From Eledone cirrhosa (lineage: Eukaryota), in the NCBI GenBank assembly GCA_964016885.1, contig OZ024740.1:247318001-247382000 (forward strand): a stretch of DNA of 64,000 nucleotides, read 5' to 3'. Of the stretch, positions 12,482 through 24,959 are shown piece by piece; the stretch's first letter is position 1, and each line of letters starts with the position of its first letter. The translations under genes and the position numbers were made by a program. The notes below the pieces were generated by a model that searched no databases, had not been told where the DNA came from, and saw only the letters and a program-made list of their open reading frames with translations.

Positions 12482-12690
12482 TATGAGGAAAATGCGAAGT
12501 TCGTTATAGATGTTAAAGAGTTCTATATTAATAAATCTGTGATACCTATTTCAATGACGAGCGTGGCTACGTGAATTTCTAATCATGTAACCAGTCACGT
12601 GATCTTTTCAGACAGCATCATTATGTAATACGCTTACATTTCAAAGGCCATCCAAACCAAAGTTAAGAAGCAAGAGAACGGACAAAAATG

Positions 12691-12837
12691 ATATATATAT
12701 ATATCCAGTATATATATATATATATATGTCCAGTATATATATATATATATATATCCAGTATATATATATATATATATATCCAGTATATATATATATATAT
12801 ATATCCAGTATATATATATATATATATATCCAGTATA
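12691..12837. repeat. Compound repeat [(TA)n-TCCAG] x6
   Basis: Direct reading. Confidence 0.85.
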
Positions 12838-12947
12838 AATAAATTCTACAGCCAGTAGAAATAAAACCTTTCACCGTATTTTTTACTAAAGATAATTTTT
12901 TACCTGACAGAAGGGTTTAAAGCCCACCTCTAAAAATGAAACATTAT

Positions 12948-13017
12948 GAGTACTGACGGACGCGAACCCACATCTTTGATTATCCAGACTACTATGCTAT
13001 CATTACACCAATACCTC
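12948..13017 (-). pseudogene. tRNA-like remnant or SINE head
   Basis: Minus: A-box-like TGGTGTAATGATAGC, B-box GGTTCGCGTCC, partly paired ends; imperfect cloverleaf. Confidence 0.45.
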
Positions 13018-13410
13018 ATCCAGTTCGTTCCATTCAAATTAGAAGCTATAATCATAGCAAGTATAATGCCGAAGTAATTTTGTTTTGAAACAACGAGCGA
13101 GGTGAAATAATTGTTACTAATATAGGCACAAGGACAGTAATATTTGGGGAAAGTTGAGTCAATTAACCCCAGTACATTACTGGTATTTTATTTTATCGAC
13201 ACGAGAAGGATAAAATGCAAAGTTGACCTAGAACGTAAAAAACCTCAACTAAATGCCTCAACGTGTCTGTTAATCCAATACCCTCTACCAGAACGGTGAT
13301 AATTATTTCTAAGTTAGCTACAAAGACCACAGATTTAAGTGAAATGAACAGTAAAGAAAATCAAAGCCATCACCAGCAACACTTAAACTGAGAAGCCGAA
13401 ACATATATCG

Positions 13411-13495
13411 CAATGTCCGATGCTCTAACAATTGCACCAATGTCCGATGCTCTAACAATTGCACCAATGTCCGATGCTCTAACAATTGCACCAAT
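13411..13495. repeat. 27-bp tandem triplication within a degenerate SINE head
   Basis: CAATGTCCGATGCTCTAACAATTGCAC x3. Confidence 0.85.
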
Positions 13496-13849
13496 CCACC
13501 ATCCTGGATTGCTACTTTATTTTATCGAACCCAAAACGACAAACGCCAAAGATTCATTACATAAATTATTCATTACATAATTGTTTTTACATTAGTTATA
13601 CATTAACTGTTTGTCTACTATGGCATGTTGAGTTTGCTTTGTCTGTCAGGTATTATGTGTGTTAGATGTTGCATCAACCGGATAGTGTCTCGTGACCAGT
13701 GTACATGTATTTGTATTTTTAAATGGCTTATTAGTTTCTAAATGACAAACAGCAAATGATAATTTAATGGAAGCAATCTATAATTTTTCTTTGATTTAGT
13801 GATTCTCATCAGACCACGTATTTAGCGTTTTGTATTCCCACCATTAACT

Positions 13850-14055
13850 CATACTCTCTTTCTCCCTCTCCTTCTCTATCTCTCTCCTCTCTTTTCCTCT
13901 CTCTCTCCCTCTACCTCTCTCTTTTGCTCTCTTCTCTCCCTCCATCTCCCCTTCTCTTTCTCTCCTCTTTGTGTGTGTATGTTTGTGTGTGTGTATGTAT
14001 GTGTGTGTGTGTGAGTGTGTGTGTGTGAGTGTGTGTGTGTGCGTGTGTGTGTGCA

Positions 14056-14086
<31 letters not shown>

Positions 14087-14104
14087 GCGTGTGTGTGTGT
14101 GTGC

Positions 14105-14156
<52 letters not shown>

Positions 14157-14182
14157 GTGTGTGTGTGTGTGTGTGCGTGTGT
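13850..14182. repeat. CT-rich tract plus (TG)n compound microsatellite
   Basis: Direct reading. Confidence 0.95.
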
Positions 14183-14254
14183 ACAAAAAGGAGTTGTCTA
14201 AGAGGATCAGATACAGACAGAAAGCACACAATTAACATTGCGGGGTTGACGCCT

Positions 14255-14400
14255 TTTAACATGTCCAAACTGGTGCAACCTTGCTATCTTCAATTCAGTA
14301 TTCGTGTCAACCCTACCTATGGTCATGAATCTTGGATAATGACCGAAAGCAGGCAAAGCATTCAAGATTTGTTTGTCTGGGGACTATGGTAAAAGAAATT
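14255..14400 (+). pseudogene. Short RTE-type LINE C-terminal fragment
   Basis: TYGHESWIMTE motif. Confidence 0.45.
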
Positions 14401-15064
14401 TTATTATATACAATATTGAAAGGACTGAGGCTAGAAACTTTCCTCTTTAACAAAGCCTTCATCTTTTCAGGTATCAATTTGAGAGGAAGATGAAGGTGAA
14501 GAGGTGGATTATCCCCCAGTAAATCTACAAAAAAGTGGGATGAAAAACAAAACCAATCAAAAGGCGGAGTAACTCAGGAAAGTCAACGGCCATCCAATAT
14601 GGATAGAGAGAGCTCGTTAGACTTGGTTGGCAGTATGTCTATGTGATAGATCTCTTTGAATTTAAAACCGGGTAGATGGGACTTAGGTGACAGCCTTTCA
14701 AGTGGTCAATAGCTTTATCTTAGTGATGAAAGCGGATAAGCCTCGACTCGGTAGCCAGTTTCTGAGTAATTTTCAAATTTCCCGATGAGAATCATGGATA
14801 TATACATTATCCATGGTGCCAGACCAGCAGTAATGATGATGGGAAGAGAGCAAACCAAAGTGGGTGAGAATGGAGAATGAGCCTACTCTCAGCATGCATT
14901 TGTAGGACAGAGAGTACAACTTGAAGAGGACAATTCCATAAAATAATAAGGTTAATCGAGTGTCTGTCTCTTACTAAGCTTAGTTGGCTGTCGTCTTCTT
15001 GGGGCGTCCTACATCAGTTTTGATTATATTGTTCTTCAAGCCAGTTTTTTATTTCTTTTTCATA

Positions 15065-15390
15065 TCATGGCGAATCGACAGAAGCGTTGGAGCTTTGCGG
15101 TATTTATTCCGCTATTCTGCGCTTTATGTTCAAATCCTGCCGTAGTCAACATTACCTTTCATCGTCTCGGAGTCTATAAATAAATTGCCAATCCAGGGCA
15201 GTGAATTGGTGAATTATTTAAGCGTCAGAAAGATGGAGGGTTGACAGAGTCGTTAGCACATCGGATAGAATGCTTTCGGTATTCATTTTGGTTCTCTACG
15301 CTCTGAGTTCAAATCCGACTGAGGTCAACTGTGCCTCTCATCCATTCGAGTCGATACAAAAAAGTGCCAGTCAAATACTGGGGTCGATTC
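15065..15390 (+). mobile_element. Two degenerate tRNA/Meta-type SINEs
   Basis: GTTCAAATCC boxes followed by CCTTTCATC / CCTCTCATCC...CGATA-like cores. Confidence 0.6.
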
Positions 15391-16469
15391 TTCCTCTGCA
15401 TCTCTTTCTCACTACCATTCGCTCATTCTCCATCCTTCTCTGGAAGAAATCTGCTGTATTCAGACCTGGAGAGGAGATGGGCTCCGCCAGGTTTTAAAAT
15501 GATGCCCTAGAAACGCCGTGTCAATATGGCGCCCTTAGCAGTTAAGAGACCATGCATACAAAGTGTCAGAAGAAGAAATGATTTGCAGCATTTGTCCGAT
15601 TATTTCTGTTCTGAATTCAATAACCGCCTAGGTGGGTGATATACTTAATCTGTCCCTCGGTTTCACAGCACTTTCTGACACTTAGGTGCCTTTAGCAATG
15701 TCCACTCTGTTGCAGGCATTGAAACCAGATCTCTAGTTTGAGGATTCTATCCTACTTTGCACATGCCTTTGTATCCCTAAACTGTAAAAAATAATAAAAC
15801 AAGCAAGACGATCTTTATAACGTCATTGTAATGGCCCATTATCCGCCGCCATTGTGGCAATCAAGAAAAGATTTTTAATATTATCCTAATATTATCAATT
15901 GGTTTGAGCTGTAATTGCGGAGCAATATTCAGGGTCAATTACTGCCAAGTCAATAAAGTCTCGTTACATACTCCTCCTTCAAACTGGAACGGGACATAAA
16001 GATCAAGGGTCACATTATGACATTTTGATTTCTTCAAGTATCAAGGTCTCGCGTAGGTAACCTATACATTTTAGACATTCGACCTATTTAATAATAAAAA
16101 AGCGACTGCAAACGATTATTTATTTCGCGTATCAGAGAATGTGTTTGTTGTTATTACAGTTGGTGGAGGTAGAGGGATCTTTGTGGGGGTTGTGATTGTG
16201 GTGGGGGAGAGTGGTAGAGTCACGTTCCATAAACAAAATAGCATTTAACTCTTACATTTAGCTTCTAAAACAACCTCATGGGACACATTATATACATAAA
16301 CATCAATACTATAAAATAAAAAAAAGGTATTTTCTTTCTCTCTCTTTCGCACCTTCTTTCTTACTTTCTCTCTCCCCCCCTCTCTCTCTCTCTCTCTCTT
16401 TATATATATATATATATGTGTGTGTGTGTATATGCAGAGGTTATATTTAATTTGTTTGGATTAAAAAAT

Positions 16470-16505
16470 GTGTGAAACGCAGCAAGGCGCGGGTAATTCG
16501 GCTAG
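16470..16505 (+). mobile_element. Helitron-like 3' terminus
   Basis: ACGCAGCAAGGCGCGGGTAATTCGG-CTAG|T. Confidence 0.45.
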
Positions 16506-16516
16506 TATATATAAAT

Positions 16517-16604
16517 AGGAAAAGAGTAGGAGCCCGACCGTTGAGCTGTGGCCGTTTCGCCGAAACGGCCGGAGCTCAGCAGTCGGGGTCCTGATTATTT
16601 TCAT
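16517..16604. repeat. Small GC-rich hairpin element (same family as 22001-22121)
   Basis: AGGAAAAGAGT...GCCGTTTCG-c-CGAAACGGC...GTCGGGGTCCTGA. Confidence 0.75.
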
Positions 16605-16625
16605 ATTTTCTACTCTACTACCCTA

Positions 16626-18490
16626 AATATCTTCAACTTCTCTATTTAACTTACTATGGGACCTGAAATCCAAGAACATTAACTATTCTTTACTTTGGAA
16701 AATTATTTCCAAAGCTCCTTCATACACTGCTTTATCCAAAAATTGTTCTCTTTGTGTCGAAGAAATATTCTTTATACTAAAAAGTAAGAACTCTATTAAT
16801 TTGCGGAATAATTTATTCAGTCAGTTCCTGCAAACATCGTTTAAATTCAACTTTTAAATATATATATAAAATGTAATATATGATTTATCTCTTTTACATA
16901 ATGTCTTCTATATCTATATATGATTCATATACTTAATTTACTTTCTATTTTCTCTACTTCACATATATATTATTAAAACTAACGATAAATTATAAAATTC
17001 ATTTATATAACTGCTTGAAACTCCTTTAAGGAAAATTTTTTCTTGAAAAACTTACGGAAGGGTTTAAGAAAATCTTTTGAAAATTCCTTTGAAAGATATA
17101 GAAAAACCATTATTTTTATACCTTCAAATATTTTTATATTTTTATATTGTTATATATTTTTTTATATTCTTATATTTTCAAACGTTTTTAATATATATAT
17201 CCAAATGTTTATATATATGTGGAAAAACATATGATTTTTTTTTATATATATGCGGAGTAACCTATGGTTTATGCTTTAAATATATTCTTAAGATAAATTT
17301 TTTTTAAATGTTTTAACTTTATAGCGAGTAAATTTATGACTTCGTATAAAATAACATATGGTTCATGTTTTAATTATATTCTTAAGATAGAAAATTTAAC
17401 TTCTTAACTTTATAGCATTTAATCCTTAGAGTCATTTGAGTTCTTAAAAACATCACTTCTTAAAAAAAATCATTTAAAAAAATCACTTATAACTTCCTTT
17501 ACGCTTCCTTACTGTTTTTATAATATAACAAAGTGATTATTCTCTTGTAAACTCTCGAAAATTTTCCATAAATTTAGAATTATTTGGATGTTTAAAATTT
17601 TTGACTTACAACTTTTAATAAAATAAACTATACTAGATTTGCTCTAATGTAAACTAATATATATTTATTTAAATAATTTATAATACTTAACATACACATT
17701 ATTAAATTTTAATTTTTAATTTTAATCTAATTTTTCAACCTATCATTATAAATATTATAATCAAAACATAATGAATCCTGCATTATAAATATTATTCTTC
17801 CTCGCTATTCTCATTTTTTCTTTTCTTCATTTCTTCCCTCGCGTAAATATACTTACGCTGTATTTATCCTTTGAAACTCTTCTCTTCTCTTATACTTACG
17901 CTCTTCTCTTCATGCACACTGTTTACTGTCAAAATATATATAATCGTTCTTTCTTTCTTTCCTCTCCTATCTTTCTTATTTCTTTATTCTTTTTTTTCTT
18001 TTTTCTTTTTTCTTTTTTCTTTTTTCTTTTTTCTTTTTTCTTTTTTCTTTTTTCTTTTTTCTTTTTTCTTTTTTCTTTTTTTTTCTTTTTTCTTTTTTCT
18101 TTTTTCTTTTTTCTTTTTTCTTTTTTCTTTTTTCTTTTTTCTTTTTTCTTTTTTCTTTTTTCTTTTTTCTTTTTTCTCTCTCCCTCATATATCACTTTCT
18201 TCCAACAGTTTAATTTAAATAAACCGTTATCTTTTCAACCTTTCGGACACTCATTTGCATACTCAATCATAATTTTCTATCACCCTCAATAAATGTAATA
18301 TCTCCACTATCGAGGAAGATCCAACCGTTAAGGTTGTCTTTTTTTCCAGGTATGTCAATATTTATTTATAAAACAAATCTGTATTTTATCTGATGAAAGC
18401 GCACCATAATTTGCCTTGGTGGCCCTTGAAATATGTATAATAAAATAAATATGGTTTTATAAATATAGTTTCTATTTATTAATTTATTGT
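16626..18490 (+). mobile_element. 5'-truncated Naiad PLE (family B): end of GIY-YIG plus long 3' region
   Basis: Colinear with 35842-37606. (T6C)n tract at ~17985-18178. Ends in (TA)n. Confidence 0.85.
18382..18447 (+). ncRNA. Minimal hammerhead ribozyme
   Basis: TATTTTAT-CTGATGA-AAG..CACCA...TGGTG..CTT-GAAA-TATGTA-TA-ATAAAATA. Confidence 0.75.
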
Positions 18491-18522
18491 ATATATATAT
18501 ATATATATTATAATGATATAAT

Positions 18523-18705
18523 TAATTGTTTCTACTTTTGGCACAAGGGCAGCAATTAATACAGTGTATTACTTGTACTTTATTTTATCGACCCTGTAAG
18601 GATGAAAGGCAAAGTTAACCTCGACGGGATTTGAACTCAGACCATAAAGGGTCGTAACTCTTTGCTGCAAAGCATGGCGTCCGACCCTCTACCGATACTG
18701 CCAAA
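18523..18705 (-). mobile_element. tRNA/Meta-type SINE
   Basis: Reverse complement of the 3994-4172 family. Confidence 0.8.
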
Positions 18706-19186
18706 TAATTAATGAAACAACAACACACACACACAGTGGCAATCGAGCGATTATCATGTGTGTATATCGTGCCCACCATCCACCGACCGACAGACAACAG
18801 GCAGGCAGACTACCATAACCATGCCTGCCAGTATCACAGACCGAATATAAGAAATTGACAGCGAATTGATCTACATATTGACACATCACCACCCCACTAC
18901 TCTATAGAAGAACTGCCTCGACCTTTGTCTGACCCCAGCTAATCCACGCGCACGCGCGCCCTACAGAGTATTTCAGTTGTACGCACACGGTATACAACAG
19001 AGGCCACGTGTTGTCCCTGTCCGACTAAAAACTTTTCCTCTCAGAATACCCCCAGTTGATGGATGCGAAATCCGAAATATAGGGACAATTAAATCACTTC
19101 CAAGGTAACTCTATCTCGCTTTATTATTTTTACACTTTTCCTACGTTCTCTTACGCTCTCTACGTCTCATTCTACATTTCCTCTTA

Positions 19187-19254
<68 letters not shown>

Positions 19255-19526
19255 ATTACCACCTGATTCTCTTACCTGGAAATTTACCTATCTGCATTGT
19301 TGAGGCTTCCAAAACGACCAATTTTATTATTCCACAATGCTTCAAGCAAACGTCAACACTCTTATATTATATTTGGGGAATGTCATATTGTTATAATATT
19401 GCCAGAAATATATAATAAAACACACACTGCTAGGTTTGGGTTGGTTTTCGCTTCAGTATATTTTATATTTCTATAATTAATTTAGCTGGTAATCAATGTT
19501 TATAATTGATTGACCAACAGTTAGAA

Positions 19527-19558
<32 letters not shown>

Positions 19559-19621
19559 GAAGTATTTCCGTCGGAAAGGTACAGGAAAAAAGAGTACTCT
19601 ATGTAGGCTACATGTTACTTA

Positions 19622-19682
19622 TTCATTCTGACGACTGAAGACAGACATAACATCTGCCTTCAAGAAATCACTGGTAAATGAA
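19622..19682 (+). ncRNA. Minimal hammerhead ribozyme in a ~150-bp TA-bounded fragment
   Basis: TTCATT-CTGACGA-cTGAAG-aCAGA...TCTG-cCTTCAa-GAAA-TCACTGG-TA-AATGAA. Confidence 0.7.
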
Positions 19683-19736
19683 ATAATTATCTTATGTTGT
19701 TTATTACATAACTATATATATGTATATATATATATA

Positions 19737-21637
19737 TAGTCTCTCAGAGTTCTTTCGTCAAACACCTGTGACATCATCAATGATACTATTGTTTCCTCCC
19801 ATTGTAGTGCTGTAATGTTTACTTATTCTATTTTATGTATTTATTTATTGTTGTCTCTGTTTGCGCATGCATTTGCGTGCGTGTTTTCTGAGAACGCCTG
19901 GCAGAGAACTCCATAGCCCTCATCATGTACTCTCGTGACGTAGATGATATTAATATAGTAATATAAACACCCCATTAAGACAGTACCAATAAACCCGAAT
20001 TAGAAACTATCACCAGTGAGAGCCTCCAGCAGATAGCTAATTCCATACACCAGAGCATCACAGTAACTATAACAATATTAGACGCTGAACTCTGGTTACA
20101 CACTATAAACGAGAAAACACAAATCTTCCACATCCATTATGCTAAACCCAAATACCTATTCCCTAATACACAAATACCTAATACACAAAAAGTCAGCGAT
20201 GTCCAATAATGCTGAGTTTAATATCCTGATCGCAGACTTGGTAAGAGTGATGAATAACGTGTTGCACATGTGCGATCCAACTGACGTGGAGAGACACGTA
20301 CAACACTTCATCAATCACATGCAGTTCTCTGGCTACAACGAAAGAGACAGAATCAGGGTGTACAAAGGAGGCCCGAATCAGCGTGTACATAAGACCCTCA
20401 TAGAGATGAACATGAAAGGGATTTGCCCATTGTACATGAGCTAATCATGGAATAGCATAGATAGGACTAAACAAAAGTTAGGGAAAGCCAACTCATGGTA
20501 CGACAACCAGAGATGCTAGAGTGTCATGTTCGTGGATGCTACCCATGGAGGTGAACTAGCTAACCAATGTAGAAAGGTCCTTAGAAAGACCCATTTAAAA
20601 ATTAAAGTGGTAGAAAAGTCAGGAACTACCATGAAATCCCTGATAAGCAAAACTTACCCCTTTAAGAAAATCCACTGTACTAATAAGAGATATGTAATCT
20701 GCAGAATGAATCCACGCGCATAACACTCTGGTATCTCTAGTTATCGTACCATGAGTTGGCTTTCTCTATCTGTTGTCTAGTCTATCTATGCTATTCCATG
20801 ATTTGCTCCTGTACAGTGGCAACATCCCTTTCATGTCTATCTCCATGAGGGTTTTATATTTTTGCCGTAGCTCCTTTGTACACCCTGATTCTGTCTCTTT
20901 GGTTGTAGCCCTAAGAAACGTCTATTTAAATATCAAAGTGGTAGAAAATTCATTAACTACCATGAGATCCCTGATCAATAAAACCTACCCCTTTACGAAA
21001 CACCACTGTACAAATAAGAAATGTGTAATAAGTAGAATAAGTCCACAAAAAATTGTAAAGCTAGAAATGTAGTCTATAGTGTAAGATGTACAGAGGGTGC
21101 TTGCAGAAACATGACAACGACATACAGGAGAGACAACCTGTAGAGTAGGGGAGAGGATAGACGAATACTGGGGTGAACTAAATAGACAAAAATATGGTTT
21201 GGTAATATATGAACACGCCCGACTAAGATATGATTATAATATAGACGACATAGAAATTAAAATAATGTCTAAACATAGAAATGACTCAACGGGTAGACAA
21301 ATCAGAGAAGCAACTGAAATAGAACTAAGATAACCGAAGCTGAACAGAAAACATGGATGGAATAATAATAACAACAAACACACACTAGTGACCAAAGATA
21401 GAATATAAACGTACACAAGACTCTGACACGTACACAAGGACACACACCAAACAGAAAACACGCACACAAAACGCATGCGCAAACAGAGACAATAATAAAT
21501 AAATAATTAAAATAAAATAAGAAAACATTACAGCAATACAACGAGGGGAAACATAATAGTATCACTGATGATGTCACAGGTAAGTAATGAAAGAAATCTG
21601 AGAGACTATATATATATATGTGTGTGTGAGAACTCTG

Positions 21638-21645
<8 letters not shown>
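19737..21645 (+). mobile_element. Decayed PLE (probably Nematis/Neptune-type) with inverted terminal copy and internal inversion
   Basis: YVDD at ~19938, HKKSAMS, MQFSGY, FVDATHGGELA, IKVVEKSG, Cys cluster, degenerate GIY-YIG. 19737-19890 is the reverse complement of 21452-21607. Hammerhead-like CTGATGA at 21565. Confidence 0.7.
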
Positions 21646-21733
<88 letters not shown>

Positions 21734-21942
21734 GCATTGTTGCATAATATATGCAGACAGAGGGTGAAGTGCACCCTACTGCTGCATTAATTGTGGCCGA
21801 AACTCGAGTCCGGGAACTATTATAGGCACCCATTTTACGTGTGTTGTATTGAAGCGAATAACTATGTGTATACTCTGGGAATGTATCCTACATTACCTAT
21901 TGAGTACGTTGAGATACAACCGGTCCTGACGTTGATAAATAA

Positions 21943-22000
<58 letters not shown>

Positions 22001-22003
<3 letters not shown>

Positions 22004-22118
22004 AAAAGAGTCAGAACCCCGATGGCAGAGCCCACGCCGTTTCGACAGCTATTACTGGACTCTCCAGAAATAGCTGTCGAAACGGCTTGAGGTCTGCCGT
22101 CGGGGTCCTGACTCTTTT

Positions 22119-22121
<3 letters not shown>
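22001..22121. repeat. 121-bp near-perfect hairpin element inside (TA)n
   Basis: AGGAAAAGAGTCAG...CTGACTCTTTTCCT, self-complementary almost to the centre. Confidence 0.9.
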
Positions 22122-22151
<30 letters not shown>

Positions 22152-22170
<19 letters not shown>

Positions 22171-23332
22171 TGTATCAACTAGAAATAGATTGACATATAT
22201 ATAAAATAAATACATAAAACAATCACAGGGAATAATTTGTAAAGAATGTAAGCACACATAGCTAGGTAGGTAACTAATTAAAGTTTAACTAGAACTTCAA
22301 ATGATTAATCTCTTTTGTATATATTTCTTTAAGTAAGAAATATATTTCATCAATTAATCAGTAAATCACACTAGTCAAATCCCGGATGGTCACCAAAGGA
22401 GAAGAACTAACTATCTGCGTTTACAAAGCAAATGCAAATCTGAGAATGACTCGAACCACGTGTTGCATTTTTAAAGAATACACACATCGCACAGCGTCAT
22501 CCCAGTGGTGTGAATATGATTATCGACAGCTAGAAATGGCAACCTAGTCTATTCAACTGAGTTAGCTCAACAATCAAGGGGCCGTATATATATCCAAAAT
22601 TAAATTGTGTGCTTACATTCTATATAAATTTTTCCCTGTGATTGTTCCATGTATTTATTTTATATATATATGTCAATCTATTTCTAGTTGATATAAAATG
22701 CTCGGATTTATTCATTGGAATCTTTGAGCTTATCCTACAGTGGATATGGCGCATGTCTCTCAGACATGACAACCCTTAATTTAATTTTGGATATATATAC
22801 AGCCCCTTGATTGTTGAGCTAGCTCAGTTGAATAGACTCGGTTGCCATTTCTGGCTGTCGATGGTCCTATTCACGCCACTGGGATGACGCTGTGCGATGT
22901 GTGTATTCTTTAAAAATGCAACACGTGGTTCGAGTCATTCTCAGATTTGCATTTGCTTTGTAAACGCAGATAGTTAGTTCTTCTCCTTTGGTGACCATCC
23001 GGGATTTGACTAGTGTGATTTACTGATTAATTGATGAAATATATTTCTTACTTAAAGAAATATATACAAAGGAGATTAATCATTTAAAAAGGTATCTATA
23101 TTTGACGTTCTAGTTAAACTTTAATTAGTTACCTACCTAGCTATGTGTGCTTTATTCTTTACAAATTATTCCCTGTGATTGTTTCATATGTTTATTTTAT
23201 ATATATATATTTTTGTCAATCTATTTCTAGTTGATATAAAATGCCCGGATCTATTTTTTGGAATCTTTGAGCTTATTCTACAGTGGATATGGCGCATGTC
23301 TCTCAGACATGACAACCCTTAATTTAATTTTA
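22152..23332. repeat. Non-coding fold-back element: inverted arm (22152-22606) plus partial tandem units (22607-22788, 22778-23332)
   Basis: Reverse-complement and direct matches; TA tracts on both sides; PLE-like architecture. Confidence 0.85.
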
Positions 23333-23351
23333 TATATATATATATATATAT

Positions 23352-24905
23352 ATGAAAACAGGGAGAAAGAGACGTTTATGAGGTAGAAAAACTGTTTTCT
23401 TTCTTTTTGTTTCTCTCTCTCTCTTTTCTGGGTTAGAAAATGATTAAAACGAAATGTTTTACTTTGTGTGAAGTGTTAAGGTATTAGTTGATGTATTTAT
23501 TATTTAACAATGGCATTTATTTATCTATTTATATATTTAATTATTGTCTATTACCGGTTTCAGCATTTATATGCATTATCAAATGATAGTGAAATGTATT
23601 AGTGTGGTGTCGCACATGTTAAACAGAAGGTGCAGAAAGAGTAATGTTATTTACGAACAAGGTTTAAGAAGTGAAAAGAAAAAAGAAAAAGGAAAAAAAA
23701 ACGTGCATAATGTGGAACGTTAAAAGTCGATGTGGAAGAAAAAAATATTATTTACAAGCACAGTAATTGGAGTTAAGCAGATAAATATGTGTTAATATAG
23801 TAAGAGTGCTTAGTTGAACCATGGTTCCGTGATGGAGGCAAATGGAGGACTGAGGTTTGATATGATTTCCCTTTTTAGAGAGTTAATATGCAGTGGAAGC
23901 AATTCTTGCTTGGTGATATTTAATTTATTTAAGAAAAAGGATTAGGTAGGGTGTGAGGGAGGTAACTCTTGTAAATGTTTGATGATTTGTTGCAGTTTTA
24001 GATTGGTCCGATTTTTAGAGCATTGAGTAGTGGTTGAAATTTATTAATGAAATGCGTTTCCTTATTGGTACGTTGGATGAAAGTAGCGTTGTCTATGAAT
24101 TTGTAAATGGGGAAAATTTTAAAGTTTGGATGTCGTTAAGAGCACAATTGGCGATATGTTCACTAAATGCAATCTTTCTGTATTCCTGTATTTTAATTTG
24201 TGATTTATGGACGGTCATACGTTGACGGAGGCTGCTTTTTGTCTGTCCTCTGTAGTGCTCTTGACAACCTGAGCAGGTCAAAACATAGATAAGGTTTTCA
24301 GATGCACATGTAAAGTTGTGTTTAACTGTGAAACGTTGTCCTTTTCTTAAATAGATTAAATATCACCCAGCAAAAATGCTTCCCCCTGCATATTAACTCT
24401 CTAAAAAGGGAAATCATATCAAACCTCAGTCCACCATTTGCCTCCATCACGGAACCATGGTTCAACTAAGCACTCTTACTACATTAACACATTTTGATCT
24501 GCTTAACTGTGCTTGTAAATAACATTATTTTTTCTTCCACATTGACTTTTTACGTTCCACATTATGCACGTGTTATTTTTCCTTTTTCTTTTTTCTTTTC
24601 ACTTCTTAAACCTTGTTCGTAAATAATATTACTCTTTCTGCACCTTCTGTTTAACATGTGCGACACCACACTAATAAATTTCACTATCATTTGATAATGC
24701 ATATAAATGCTGAAACCGGTTATAGACAATAATTAAATATATAAATAGATAAATAAATGCCATTGTTAAATAATAAATAAATCAACTAATACCTTAACAC
24801 TTCACACAAAGTAAAACATTTCGTTTTAATCATTTTCTAACCCAGAAAAAAGAGAGAGAGAAACAAAAAAGGAAAAAAATATATTTCTTCTCTTTCTCCC
24901 TGTTG

Positions 24906-24959
<54 letters not shown>

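Noticed and set aside
12948-13017. Functional tRNA gene
   Set aside because: Acceptor and anticodon stems are imperfect; more likely SINE-derived.
13844-14392. HT/CV/YI/KE/poly-S ORFs here and at 1398, 17871, 54819, 60219 and 63408
   Set aside because: Translations of microsatellites.
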